DNA from: an uncultured Weeksellaceae bacterium
Lineage (GTDB): Bacteria > Bacteroidota > Bacteroidia > Flavobacteriales > BACL11
Direction of reading: 5' to 3'
Length of the DNA: 63,456 bases
NCBI GenBank assembly: GCA_964452095.1
Contig: CAYVKX010000002.1
Span: forward strand, 1-63,456
Position 1 is the stretch's first letter, and every line of letters begins with the position of its first letter. The notes below the pieces were generated by a model. It made no database searches and was not told the DNA's origin. It saw only the letters and a program-made list of their open reading frames with translations. The translations under genes and the position numbers were made by a program. Of this stretch, positions 1 through 8,912 are shown in pieces.

Positions 1-1
1 G

Positions 2-1267
2 CAAGTAAGAGCAATTTGTGATACTATTAATAATATCAAGTCATCATGGACCTCATGGAATAACTTCTTTACTGATGCGCCTTGCGACTTACCTACTAAT
101 TTACAGGTATTAAATAGTGTTACCTCCTTAACTTCTGTAGCATTAAGATGGTATGGGCCAATGAATACTACACATTATTTTATATTTAAAGAAAGTACTG
201 CAAGTAGTTGGGATACTATTAGTGTGTTGGGTTCTGCAATTACTTATAATACACTATTACCATTTGGACAAACAGCTACATCTAGCACAAGTGGTATTGA
301 GTACACTTTTACCCTTTCTGGACTATCATCATCTACTACTTATAATTGGCAAGTAATGTCAGTTTGTTCGCCATTAAATATGTCGATTGCAATAAATGGT
401 ACTGATTTTACAACTCTTACTTCTTGTGCAATTCCTACCAATTTAACTTCCTCACCTCTTACTAATAATGCAACTATTAGTTGGGATGCAGTTAGTGGTG
501 CTGTAAAATATGATATTAGAAGAATGGATCAAGGAAGTGGTAGTTGGATATATATTTACAACCAATATGTTACAACTAAAACCATGTGGGGATTAACTCC
601 TGGTGCATCTTACGATTGGGAGGTAAGAGCACATTGTGATTATTCTGGAACTAATGTATCTAACTGGAGTGCAACACAAAGCTTTACAACTCAGCTATTT
701 TGTACAATACCAACTAATCCTACTGAGAATAACATTGCTGGAACTACTGTCGATTTATCTTGGGATTCAATTCCAGGAGGATCATGGGGATATAGAATTT
801 TCTATCTGAAATCGGGTGCTGCATGGAATACTAAAGTGATTGATACTACCAATACAACTACTTATAATGCAACAGGGCTTGATCCGAATTCTACATACAG
901 ATGGAGAGTACATGGAATTTGTGATGTTTCAGGATTGAACAATTCAGGATTCACCTCTTTCCAATACTTTACTACTCTTTCAAGTATCAGAATTACTGCT
1001 GGAGATGATAATCTTTCTGATAATTTGAATATTTACCCTAATCCAACAAGAGGCGTATTTAATATTAGTTTTGTTTCTGATGAAGTGGATAATTTTGAAA
1101 TTACGGTTGTAGATGCTTTCGGGAAAGTAATCTCTATAGAAGAGAATCAAGCATTTGTTGGGGAGTATACTAAGCAACTTGATTTATCGGAATATCCGAG
1201 AGGAATTTATATGGTACAAATAAGAACTGAGGACTCATTTGTAAGTAAAAGAGTGGTGCTTCAGTAA
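2..1267 (+). CDS. T9SS cargo protein with tandem Fn3-like modules and a C-terminal type-A sorting domain; the 5' end lies outside the window
   Basis: Frame 2 is open from nt 2 (QVRAICD...SSWTSWNNFFT matches the downstream repeat consensus), so the listed ATG at 161 is internal. The C-terminus NIYPNPTRGVFNISF...GIYMVQIRTEDSFVSKRVVLQ is a typical Bacteroidota T9SS CTD. Confidence 0.8.
   Translation, partial: QVRAICDTINNIKSSWTSWNNFFTDAPCDLPTNLQVLNSVTSLTSVALRWYGPMNTTHYFIFKESTASSWDTISVLGSAITYNTLLPFGQTATSSTSGIEYTFTLSGLSSSTTYNWQVMSVCSPLNMSIAINGTDFTTLTSCAIPTNLTSSPLTNNATISWDAVSGAVKYDIRRMDQGSGSWIYIYNQYVTTKTMWGLTPGASYDWEVRAHCDYSGTNVSNWSATQSFTTQLFCTIPTNPTENNIAGTTVDLSWDSIPGGSWGYRIFYLKSGAAWNTKVIDTTNTTTYNATGLDPNSTYRWRVHGICDVSGLNNSGFTSFQYFTTLSSIRITAGDDNLSDNLNIYPNPTRGVFNISFVSDEVDNFEITVVDAFGKVISIEENQAFVGEYTKQLDLSEYPRGIYMVQIRTEDSFVSKRVVLQ
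83..976 (+). repeat. Three tandem Fn3-like coding modules (83-424, 425-700, 701-976), each starting C-x-(I/L)-PTN and ending W-x-V-x-A/G-x-C-D...FTT
   Basis: Protein-level periodicity read from the translation: PCDLPTN..., SCAIPTN...WEVRAHCD...SFTT, FCTIPTN...WRVHGICD...YFTT. Confidence 0.6.
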
Positions 1268-1304
1268 AGTATTAAGTTTATAAGATATATTATTAAAAAA
1301 AGAT

Positions 1305-1329
1305 GGAGGAATTTTCCTCCTTCTTTTTT
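1305..1329 (+). terminator. Intrinsic terminator after the T9SS cargo gene
   Basis: ggagga-attt-tcctcc hairpin (1305-1320) followed by ttctttttt. Confidence 0.6.
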
Positions 1330-1371
1330 GGTAATTCAATTTTACTTAAAGTTTAGTAGATAAAAAAATCA

Positions 1372-2340
1372 ATGGATTTTAATAAAGAAAAGTGTTTAGT
1401 TTGCTCTAATAAGTTTGAAAAAATAGTAGAAAGAAAGGATAACTATCATTACTATCAATGCAAAGGTTGCTCTTTAATTACTACTTTTCCTCAGCCAGAG
1501 GATGCAATAATTACCGAATACTATGATGGTTTTTTATTTAAAAAACCTGATGATAATGAAATATCATCTAGAAAAAAATTGATTGATAAGGATGTTGCAA
1601 TGATAATAAAAGACATAAAAACAATAAGAAATGAGGATAATTTATCTTTATTGGATTTTGGTGGTGGCACAGGGTTTTATTCCAATTCTTTTCAGCAATA
1701 CGGTTATGATGTTACTCTTTTAGATTTAGATAAACAAGCTTGTGATTATGTGCGAGAAAAATTTCCTGCTATTGATGTTATATGCGCTAATCCTATGCAA
1801 AATCCTATTAATAAAAAATTCGATATTATATTTTGTAATCAGGTAATAGAACATTATAAAATCCCAGACCAACTTCTAGCTACACTTTATACAATGTTAA
1901 ATGATAATGGACTGTTAATTGTTACTACCCCCAATCAGCAATGTAGAGAGTTTTGGTTTCGCCCAACTTGGGTGTGGGATTATATTAAACTTACTTCAGA
2001 TAAATTTTTTGTAAGGATTAAAAATGTTTTTAAATTAGTTGCAAATTCCTGGTTATGTTGCGATCCGCCAAGGCATATATATTCGTTCAACAAAAAAAAT
2101 ATAAGCCAACTACACAATAGAAATAAATTAGAAATAATAGCTATTTTTACAGAGTATGTTACTACCCAACATTTTTCCCTAAAACAACACAGAGATTTTT
2201 CAATGAAAAGAATTCAAAGCGTTCTGAAAATTTTGTTTAATATTTATGCAAATGTTGGTATTATGCTTTTAAAATGGATGGATAGAAAAAATAATTGGGG
2301 AAATAATTTGGTTATTTTTTCTAGAAAAAAAGACAGTTAA
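1372..2340 (+). CDS. Class I SAM-dependent methyltransferase with an N-terminal CxxC...CxxC zinc-ribbon-like motif
   Basis: SAM-binding motif I LLDFGGGTGFYS, an acidic residue after beta-2 (VTLLDLD), and N-terminal CLVC...CKGC. Confidence 0.7.
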   Translation: MDFNKEKCLVCSNKFEKIVERKDNYHYYQCKGCSLITTFPQPEDAIITEYYDGFLFKKPDDNEISSRKKLIDKDVAMIIKDIKTIRNEDNLSLLDFGGGTGFYSNSFQQYGYDVTLLDLDKQACDYVREKFPAIDVICANPMQNPINKKFDIIFCNQVIEHYKIPDQLLATLYTMLNDNGLLIVTTPNQQCREFWFRPTWVWDYIKLTSDKFFVRIKNVFKLVANSWLCCDPPRHIYSFNKKNISQLHNRNKLEIIAIFTEYVTTQHFSLKQHRDFSMKRIQSVLKILFNIYANVGIMLLKWMDRKNNWGNNLVIFSRKKDS

Positions 2341-2442
2341 AAAAATCATCTTTTGTAAGTAAAAGAGTAGTATTACAATAAAGTTTGTGAGTTAAAGAAA
2401 AAGGTTATATATTTGCCGACAGAAAAATAGAAGAAAATGAGG

Positions 2443-2468
2443 GATGGGGCGTAAGCCCCATCTTTTGT
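2443..2468 (+). terminator. Perfect 8-bp hairpin with a GTAA tetraloop and a short T-run, 7 nt upstream of the rimP ATG. It is either the terminator of the methyltransferase gene or a leader attenuator of rimP-nusA-infB.
   Basis: gatggggc-gtaa-gccccatc followed by ttttgt. Confidence 0.5.
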
Positions 2469-2474
2469 ACAATA

Positions 2475-2924
2475 ATGATTTCAGAAGAAAGAGTAAAAGA
2501 ATTAGCCAGAGAAAAGGTTCTGGAAATGAAAGGGTTTTTAGTATCGGTAACCGTAGGTACTCAAAATGTGATAAGAGTATTTGTGGATAAACAAGATGGA
2601 ATTTCAATTACTGAATGTTTGCAAATCAGCAAATATATCGATCAGGAGTTGGATAGAGAAATAGAGGATTTTGATTTATCGGTTTCATCACCAGGGCTTA
2701 GTAAATCTTTTGTAGTAAAAGAGCAATACCAAAAAAACATTGGGAAAGAGGTGGCTATAAAACTACAAGACGGCAAGAAAATAAAAGGAAAATTACTGAC
2801 TTTTGGAGAGGAAATAACAATAGAAACAAGTAAAAAACTAAAAGGTAAAAAACAAATAATAACCAAGGTGCAAACAATCTCATTAGAACAAATAAAAGAA
2901 ACAAAACTAATTATAAAATTTTAA
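2475..2924 (+). CDS. rimP: Ribosome maturation factor RimP
   Basis: About 150 aa with the LSVSSPGL motif, positioned directly upstream of nusA-infB. Confidence 0.85.
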   Translation: MISEERVKELAREKVLEMKGFLVSVTVGTQNVIRVFVDKQDGISITECLQISKYIDQELDREIEDFDLSVSSPGLSKSFVVKEQYQKNIGKEVAIKLQDGKKIKGKLLTFGEEITIETSKKLKGKKQIITKVQTISLEQIKETKLIIKF

Positions 2925-2927
2925 AAA

Positions 2928-4178
2928 ATGAATATAGATAATTTGATAGAATCGTTTTCCGAATTTAAGGAAGTAAAAAACATTAACCGAGAAACAATGA
3001 TGAACATTTTAGAAGATGTTTTTAAAAGTGTATTGGCAAAAAAATATGAGGAAGCCGATAATTTTGATGTAATTATAAATGTAGATAAAGGAGATTTGGA
3101 AATATGGCAAAATAGAGAGGTGGTAAAGGATGGTAAAGTAGAAGACCCAATCTCACAAATTTCTCTCTCGGAGGCATTAAAAATTGAAGACGATTATGAA
3201 GTAGGAGAAGAAGTGCCTCAGCAAATAGATTTTTCAAAAGAATTTGGCAGACGCCATATCCTTTCTATTCGCCAAAATTTGCAAGCAAGAGTACAGGATT
3301 TGCACAGAGATGAAATCTTAAAAAAATATGATGAAAGAGTTGGGGAAATTGTAACAGGAGAAGTGTATCAAGTATGGAGAAATGAAATCCTTTTACAAGA
3401 TGATGAAGGAAATGATTTAATCCTGCCAAAAGCAAACCAAATTCCAAGAGATTTTTTCAGAAAAGGAGAAACTGTAAAAGCGGTAGTTGTTTCAGCAGAA
3501 CTAAAAAACAACAAAGCACTAATCACTCTTTCAAGAATTGCCCCAGAATTTATTGAGAGACTTTTTGAAACGGAAGTCCCAGAAGTTTTTGATGGGCTTA
3601 TCACCATTAAAAAAGTAGTAAGAATGCCTGGAGAAAGAGCCAAAGTAGCGGTAGAATCTTATGATGATAGAATTGATCCGGTTGGTGCTTGTGTTGGTAT
3701 GAAGGGTTCCAGAATTCACGGTATTGTGCGTGAGCTCAGAAACGAAAATATTGATGTTATCAATTTTACTGAAAACACCCAATTACTTATTAGTCGTTCG
3801 CTTAGTCCGGCAAAAGTAAGCTCTATAAAATTAGATGAAGAAAACAGCACTGCTGATGTGTATATGCAGCCCGACCAAGTGTCTTTGGCTATTGGCAAAG
3901 GTGGTTTTAATATCAAATTAGCTGGCTTGCTTACGGGTTTTGAAATTGATGTGTACAGAGATGTAGATGATATGATTGATGATGTGGCTATTGAAGAATT
4001 TTCTGATGAGATTGAAGGATGGATAATTGAAGAATTAAAAGCTATAGGTTGCGATTCGGCAAGAAGCGTATTAGAATTAGATGCAGAAGATTTAGTAAAA
4101 AGAACTGATTTGGAAATTGAAACTGTGGAAAATGTATTGTCGGTACTAAAAAGTGAATTTGAAACAGAAGAAGAATAA
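2928..4178 (+). CDS. nusA: Transcription termination/antitermination factor NusA
   Basis: S1-like segment VTGEVYQV, KH motifs GACVGMKGSRI and AIGKGGFNIKLA, acidic C-terminus; lies in the rimP-nusA-infB order. Confidence 0.95.
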   Translation: MNIDNLIESFSEFKEVKNINRETMMNILEDVFKSVLAKKYEEADNFDVIINVDKGDLEIWQNREVVKDGKVEDPISQISLSEALKIEDDYEVGEEVPQQIDFSKEFGRRHILSIRQNLQARVQDLHRDEILKKYDERVGEIVTGEVYQVWRNEILLQDDEGNDLILPKANQIPRDFFRKGETVKAVVVSAELKNNKALITLSRIAPEFIERLFETEVPEVFDGLITIKKVVRMPGERAKVAVESYDDRIDPVGACVGMKGSRIHGIVRELRNENIDVINFTENTQLLISRSLSPAKVSSIKLDEENSTADVYMQPDQVSLAIGKGGFNIKLAGLLTGFEIDVYRDVDDMIDDVAIEEFSDEIEGWIIEELKAIGCDSARSVLELDAEDLVKRTDLEIETVENVLSVLKSEFETEEE

Positions 4179-4191
4179 TTAAAATAAAAAT

Positions 4192-6702
4192 ATGTCAGAG
4201 AAAAAAATACGGCTTAATAAGCTTACCAAAGAGTTAAATGTTGGGATTGATAGAATCCTTTCGTTTTTGGAAAGCAAAGGGCATGATGGATTGAAACCTT
4301 CCTCAAAAATTCAGGATGATGTTTATCAGTTGCTCCTTACTGAGTTTCAGATGTCAAAGCAAACAAAAATGGCAGCCAAAATTGTTGCTACTAATAAAAT
4401 ATTAGAGGAAGAAGCAAAAGAAGAAAAAGCTGCTGAGCCAGAAAAAATAAAGACAAATACTCCAAAATTAGAGATTAAATCTCTTGGAACAATTGATCTT
4501 TCTGACAAAAAGAAAAAAGAGGAAAAGGTAGAAGAAAAACTAGAAAAAAAGCAGGAAAAAGAAACTCCAAAGAAAGAGGAAGTAATAAAAGCAAAAAAGA
4601 TAAAATTAAATGCTCCAACTCTTACAGGTGAAAAAATTGATTTAGAGAAAGTGCAGCCCAAGAAGAAGAAAAAGCCAGTTGCTACATCTTCAGGAGGTGG
4701 AATTGCGGCTAAGAAAAAAAGAAAACGACTTACTAAAAAAGTAGATAAAAACAGATTTAAAGGAGCTAAAGGAAAGAAAAAGCCAAATATAGTAGAGGTA
4801 GATGAAGTTGAAGCTCAAAAAAAAGTAAGAGAAACTTTAGCAAAACTTCAGGGTGGAGGAAAGAAAACTTCTGTAAAAAACAGAAGAGAAAAAAGAATTG
4901 CTCATAAGGAAATTGCTGACAAAGAATCAGCAGCTATTACTGCTTCCGATAAGTCCGTAAAGATTGCGGAATTTGCTACTGCTCAAGAACTTGCTACAAT
5001 GATGGATGTCCCTGTAAATGAAATTATTTCTGCATTGATGGTGCTAGGTTTTATGGTTACTATGAACCAAAGATTGGAGGCAGATACCATTCAAATTATT
5101 GTAGAAGAATTTGGTTTTACGGTTGAATTTGTAGGAGTAGATGTGCAAGAAGCGATTGAGGAAGTGGAGGATAAGGAAGAAGATTTGGAAAACCGACCGC
5201 CAATTGTTACTATTATGGGGCATGTGGATCATGGTAAAACTTCCCTTTTGGATTACATTAGAGAAACCAATGTGATTGCTGGAGAATCAGGTGGGATTAC
5301 CCAGCATATTGGGGCTTATGAAGTTACACTTGAAGATGGAAAACAAATTGCATTTTTAGATACTCCTGGTCATGAGGCGTTTACTGCTATGAGGGCAAGG
5401 GGAGCAAAAGTTACCGATATTGTAGTAATTGTAATTGCTGCTGATGATAAAATTATGCCGCAAACCAAAGAGGCAATTTCTCATGCGCAAGCAGCTGGCG
5501 TTCCTATTGTTTTTGCTATTAATAAAATTGATAGAGATGTAGCAGATTCAGAAAAAATAAAAGGTCAATTGGCAGAACAAAACCTTTTGGTAGAAGATTG
5601 GGGAGGTAAAATTCAAAGTCAAGATGTATCAGCAAAAACAGGAATTGGTATTCCAGAACTATTGGAAAAAGTATTATTGGAAGCTGAAATGTTGGACTTA
5701 AAAGCAAATCCAAATAGAGATGCAAAAGGAACGGTAATTGAAGCATCATTAGATAAAGGAAAAGGATATTTAACAACTATTTTGGTGCAAAATGGAACAC
5801 TAAAAATTGGTGATTATGTAATTTCTGGGAGCTATAGCGGAAAAGTAAAAGCCCTATTGGATGAAAGAGGACATAATGTGGAGTTGGCAGGACCAGCTAC
5901 TCCAGCAGTTTTATTAGGATTAAATGGTGCGCCTCAAGCGGGAGATTCTTTTAATGTGATGCAAGATGAACAAGAAGCGAAAAAAATTGCAACTAAAAGA
6001 ATGCAGCTTAAAAGAGAGCAAGGAGTTAGAACACAGAAACACATTACTTTAGATGAGATTGGAAGACGAATTGCTCTTGGTGATTTCAAGGAAATAAATG
6101 TAATTGTAAAAGGAGATGTAGATGGCTCTATTGAAGCGCTTTCAGAATCTTTAGAAAAACTTTCTACTGAGGAAATAAGCGTGAATATTATTCACAAATC
6201 GGTGGGGCAAATATCCGAATCGGATGTAATGTTGGCATCAGCATCTGAGGCAGTAATTATTGGTTTCCAAGTTCGCCCATCAATTCAAGCAAGAAAATTA
6301 GCTGAAACAGAACAAATTGATATCCGACTTTATTCGGTGATTTATAAAGCAATTGAAGAACTGAAATTAGCAATGGAAGGCATGCTTTCTCCTGATATTC
6401 AGGAAGAAATTGTTTGTAGTATAGAAATTCGCGACATTTTCAAAATATCAAAAGTAGGAACTATTGCAGGATGCATGGTTCTTGATGGAAAAATAAATAG
6501 AAACTCAAAAGTAAGAGTTATCCGAGATGGAGTAGTGGTTTATACTGGCGAACTTTCTTCTTTAAAACGATTCAAAGAAGATGCTAAAGAAGTAGCTAAG
6601 GGATTTGAATGTGGGCTATCAATCGATAAATATAATGATATAAAAGTGGGCGATATTATTGAAGGGTTTGAGGAAAAAGAAATCCAAAGAAAACTTGCTT
6701 AA
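4192..6702 (+). CDS. infB: Translation initiation factor IF-2
   Basis: G-domain motifs [20 protein letters not shown] and NKID; Lys/Glu-rich N-terminal region. Confidence 0.97.
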   Translation: MSEKKIRLNKLTKELNVGIDRILSFLESKGHDGLKPSSKIQDDVYQLLLTEFQMSKQTKMAAKIVATNKILEEEAKEEKAAEPEKIKTNTPKLEIKSLGTIDLSDKKKKEEKVEEKLEKKQEKETPKKEEVIKAKKIKLNAPTLTGEKIDLEKVQPKKKKKPVATSSGGGIAAKKKRKRLTKKVDKNRFKGAKGKKKPNIVEVDEVEAQKKVRETLAKLQGGGKKTSVKNRREKRIAHKEIADKESAAITASDKSVKIAEFATAQELATMMDVPVNEIISALMVLGFMVTMNQRLEADTIQIIVEEFGFTVEFVGVDVQEAIEEVEDKEEDLENRPPIVTIMGHVDHGKTSLLDYIRETNVIAGESGGITQHIGAYEVTLEDGKQIAFLDTPGHEAFTAMRARGAKVTDIVVIVIAADDKIMPQTKEAISHAQAAGVPIVFAINKIDRDVADSEKIKGQLAEQNLLVEDWGGKIQSQDVSAKTGIGIPELLEKVLLEAEMLDLKANPNRDAKGTVIEASLDKGKGYLTTILVQNGTLKIGDYVISGSYSGKVKALLDERGHNVELAGPATPAVLLGLNGAPQAGDSFNVMQDEQEAKKIATKRMQLKREQGVRTQKHITLDEIGRRIALGDFKEINVIVKGDVDGSIEALSESLEKLSTEEISVNIIHKSVGQISESDVMLASASEAVIIGFQVRPSIQARKLAETEQIDIRLYSVIYKAIEELKLAMEGMLSPDIQEEIVCSIEIRDIFKISKVGTIAGCMVLDGKINRNSKVRVIRDGVVVYTGELSSLKRFKEDAKEVAKGFECGLSIDKYNDIKVGDIIEGFEEKEIQRKLA

Positions 6703-7100
6703 TCGGTACTTAATTTAATTTCAGAAGGAACAAGATAAGAATGATACTTTTTCCTGATTTCATTTTTAACTTTTTTGGCTTGTAGCTTGGTGTAAAAATT
6801 TCCAATTACTACTTTAAAATAAGGTTCTATATGATCCAAATAAGCAGGGATTTCAGGGAAATCTTGCATAAATTTTGTTCTTACTTCTTGAGCTTTTTCT
6901 CTATCTGTATCTGAGTAGATTTGCAATCTCCAAGCCATCAAACCTTCCTCTGTTTTATTTAACTTAATGTGTCGATCTAATAATTCCTGTACTTTTTCCT
7001 CTCCTAAAAGGGTAGTTTCATTAAGTTGTAAACTATCCGTATTTTGTCCCATTAAAAAAACAGGAACACAAACAAAAAATAGATAAAGGTGTTTAAACAT
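6699..7100 (-). CDS. SPOR-domain (peptidoglycan-binding) protein with a signal peptide
   Basis: [20 protein letters not shown] signal sequence, and a C-terminal half WRLQIYS...[22 protein letters not shown] that resembles a SPOR repeat. The track start at 7109 is TTG; the ATG at 7100 is preferred. Confidence 0.6.
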   Translation of the reverse strand: MFKHLYLFFVCVPVFLMGQNTDSLQLNETTLLGEEKVQELLDRHIKLNKTEEGLMAWRLQIYSDTDREKAQEVRTKFMQDFPEIPAYLDHIEPYFKVVIGNFYTKLQAKKVKNEIRKKYHSYLVPSEIKLSTD

Positions 7101-7168
7101 ATTTGGCAAAGATAGAAAAGAAAAATAAAGTAACGAGTGAAGTGGGACTAGCCACTAATAAAAAATAG

Positions 7169-7361
7169 TTGTTATGTGATACTTACACTTGGGTGGATGG
7201 AATAACTTATGCTTTACAAACTATAACTGGTTGTGATAGTATTGTAACACTTGATTTGAGTATAATCAACAAATTAATCTGAATAAAATGCTAAAGGAAT
7301 TTATTTCTTAGAAATAGAAACGAATGATGGTGTGATTAACAAGAAACTTATTTTGCAATAA
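7169..7361 (+). pseudogene. Relic of a T9SS cargo gene: an internal CDxYTWxDGxTY...GCDSxVTLxL module fragment joined out of frame to the last 22 codons of a T9SS CTD
   Basis: 7169-7279 reads LLCDTYTWVDGITYALQTITGCDSIVTLDLSIINKLI then stop. 7287-7358 in another frame reads [24 protein letters not shown] then stop. There is no start codon and no upstream ORF. Confidence 0.7.
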
Positions 7362-7413
7362 GTTTAGGAGAGCCCACCTCTAACTCCTCCAAGGATGAGA
7401 GTAATTTAAAACC

Positions 7414-7441
7414 CCCAACAGCAATGTTGGGAGCTTTTATT
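7414..7441 (+). terminator. Intrinsic terminator left downstream of the gene relic
   Basis: cccaaca-gcaa-tgttggg hairpin followed by agcttttattt. Confidence 0.5.
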
Positions 7442-7676
7442 TATACCTCTCAGTCATAAATGACAGCTCCCCTAAAACAGTGGAGAAGTTATTTGTAAGA
7501 TTGCTTCAAAATAAATTTTTCGCAAAGACAAAACACTATGGTCTGTGTACTATATTCTGACTACTATTTTCTACTTAGCATATCATCAAATTAACTCATT
7601 ACCCCTTCTCTATTTAGAATAAATATAAATTATACTAAATTATGATATTGCTCATATTTAGGTATTATTAAAATTC

Positions 7677-7684
7677 TAAATTTG
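7677..7684 (+). promoter_or_regulatory. Bacteroidota-type -7 box (TAnnTTTG) for the act operon
   Basis: TAAATTTG, 26 nt upstream of the actA ATG. Confidence 0.45.
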
Positions 7685-7710
7685 CAGCCGAAAAATTGAA
7701 TACATAAGAA

Positions 7711-8883
7711 ATGATTCGAATAAAAAACCTAAAAAACCGCTTCTTACTTCTTGCGGTTTTATTATCACTAGCAATAAGCACATTTGCTCAATCAGAAGGA
7801 GAACAAATTTTTAAATCAAGTGGTTGTGCAGCTTGTCATACCATTGGAGGAGGAAAGTTAGTTGGGCCTGATTTAGTAGGTGTGCAAGACAGAAGATCGG
7901 AAGATGAAATAATCAGGTTTGTACAAAACCCTGGTGATTTTGGTGTAACCCTAATGCCTCCACAATCATTAGATGCTGATGAAATTAAAGCAGTTTTAGT
8001 ATATGTTGCAGCTTATGTTCCTGAAGTAAAAGAAGAAATTGTTGAGGAAGGGGAAGAAGCATCATCAGAAGGAATGAGTAATTCTGTACTCTTATTAATA
8101 GCTGCAATTGTTTTGCTACTATTAGTTTTTGTGTTGTCGTCTTTAAAAAACAAACTAAAGCAAGAATTAAATCAATCAACAGAATCAGTATTAGATTCTG
8201 TAAATAATTTCTGTAAAGCATTTTTAGCAAATACTGCTGCAAAACTTATTGTTGGTTTTGTAATTACTATATTTGTGTTAAAAGTTGCATTTGATGCTAT
8301 GATGGGTGTAGGTGTTACTACTCATTATCAGCCAGAACAACCAATTGCGTACTCTCATAAAATTCATGCTGGAGATAATGGAATTGACTGTAATTATTGT
8401 CATACTGGTGCAAGAAATAGTAAAACTGCAGGTATTCCATCAGCAAATGTTTGTATGAATTGTCATACTTATATTTCAAGTGGAGCAACTACTGGAGAAA
8501 CTGAAATTGCAAAAATTTATGATGCTATTGGTTTTGATGTAAAAACTAGATCATACATTGAAGGGTATGAACAAAAACCAATTAAGTGGGTAAGAATTCA
8601 TAATCTTCCTGATTTATCTTATTTCAATCACTCACAGCACGTTACTGTTGGTAAAATTGAGTGTCAAGAATGTCATGGTGCTATTGAGGAGATGGATGTT
8701 GTAAGACAAGAAAATGATTTAACTATGGGATGGTGTGTTAATTGCCATAAAGACACAGAAGTAAAAATGGAAGGAAACGACTACTATACTAGCATGCACG
8801 AAAAAATGAAAGAAAAATATGCTGGTGAAAAAATCACTGTAGATAAAATTGGTGGTTTGGAATGTGGGAAGTGCCATTATTAA
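7711..8883 (+). CDS. actA: Alternative complex III subunit ActA: multihaem cytochrome c with an extra N-terminal monohaem domain
   Basis: Six CxxCH motifs: CAACH, CNYCH, CMNCH, CQECH, CVNCH, CGKCH. There is a signal peptide and two hydrophobic helices between the first haem domain and the pentahaem part. It is the first gene of an act-type operon. Confidence 0.85.
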   Translation: MIRIKNLKNRFLLLAVLLSLAISTFAQSEGEQIFKSSGCAACHTIGGGKLVGPDLVGVQDRRSEDEIIRFVQNPGDFGVTLMPPQSLDADEIKAVLVYVAAYVPEVKEEIVEEGEEASSEGMSNSVLLLIAAIVLLLLVFVLSSLKNKLKQELNQSTESVLDSVNNFCKAFLANTAAKLIVGFVITIFVLKVAFDAMMGVGVTTHYQPEQPIAYSHKIHAGDNGIDCNYCHTGARNSKTAGIPSANVCMNCHTYISSGATTGETEIAKIYDAIGFDVKTRSYIEGYEQKPIKWVRIHNLPDLSYFNHSQHVTVGKIECQECHGAIEEMDVVRQENDLTMGWCVNCHKDTEVKMEGNDYYTSMHEKMKEKYAGEKITVDKIGGLECGKCHY

Positions 8884-8912
8884 TAAGTATTTAGATTTAA
8901 TCTCTATATAAT

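Noticed and set aside
4347-4661. 104-aa minus-strand ORF rich in Phe/Ser
   Set aside because: It is the reverse complement of the Lys/Glu-rich (AAR/GAR) N-terminal region of infB, so it is an artefact of codon composition. The K/E-rich stretch itself (about 4380-4900) is normal for IF-2 and is not a repeat element.
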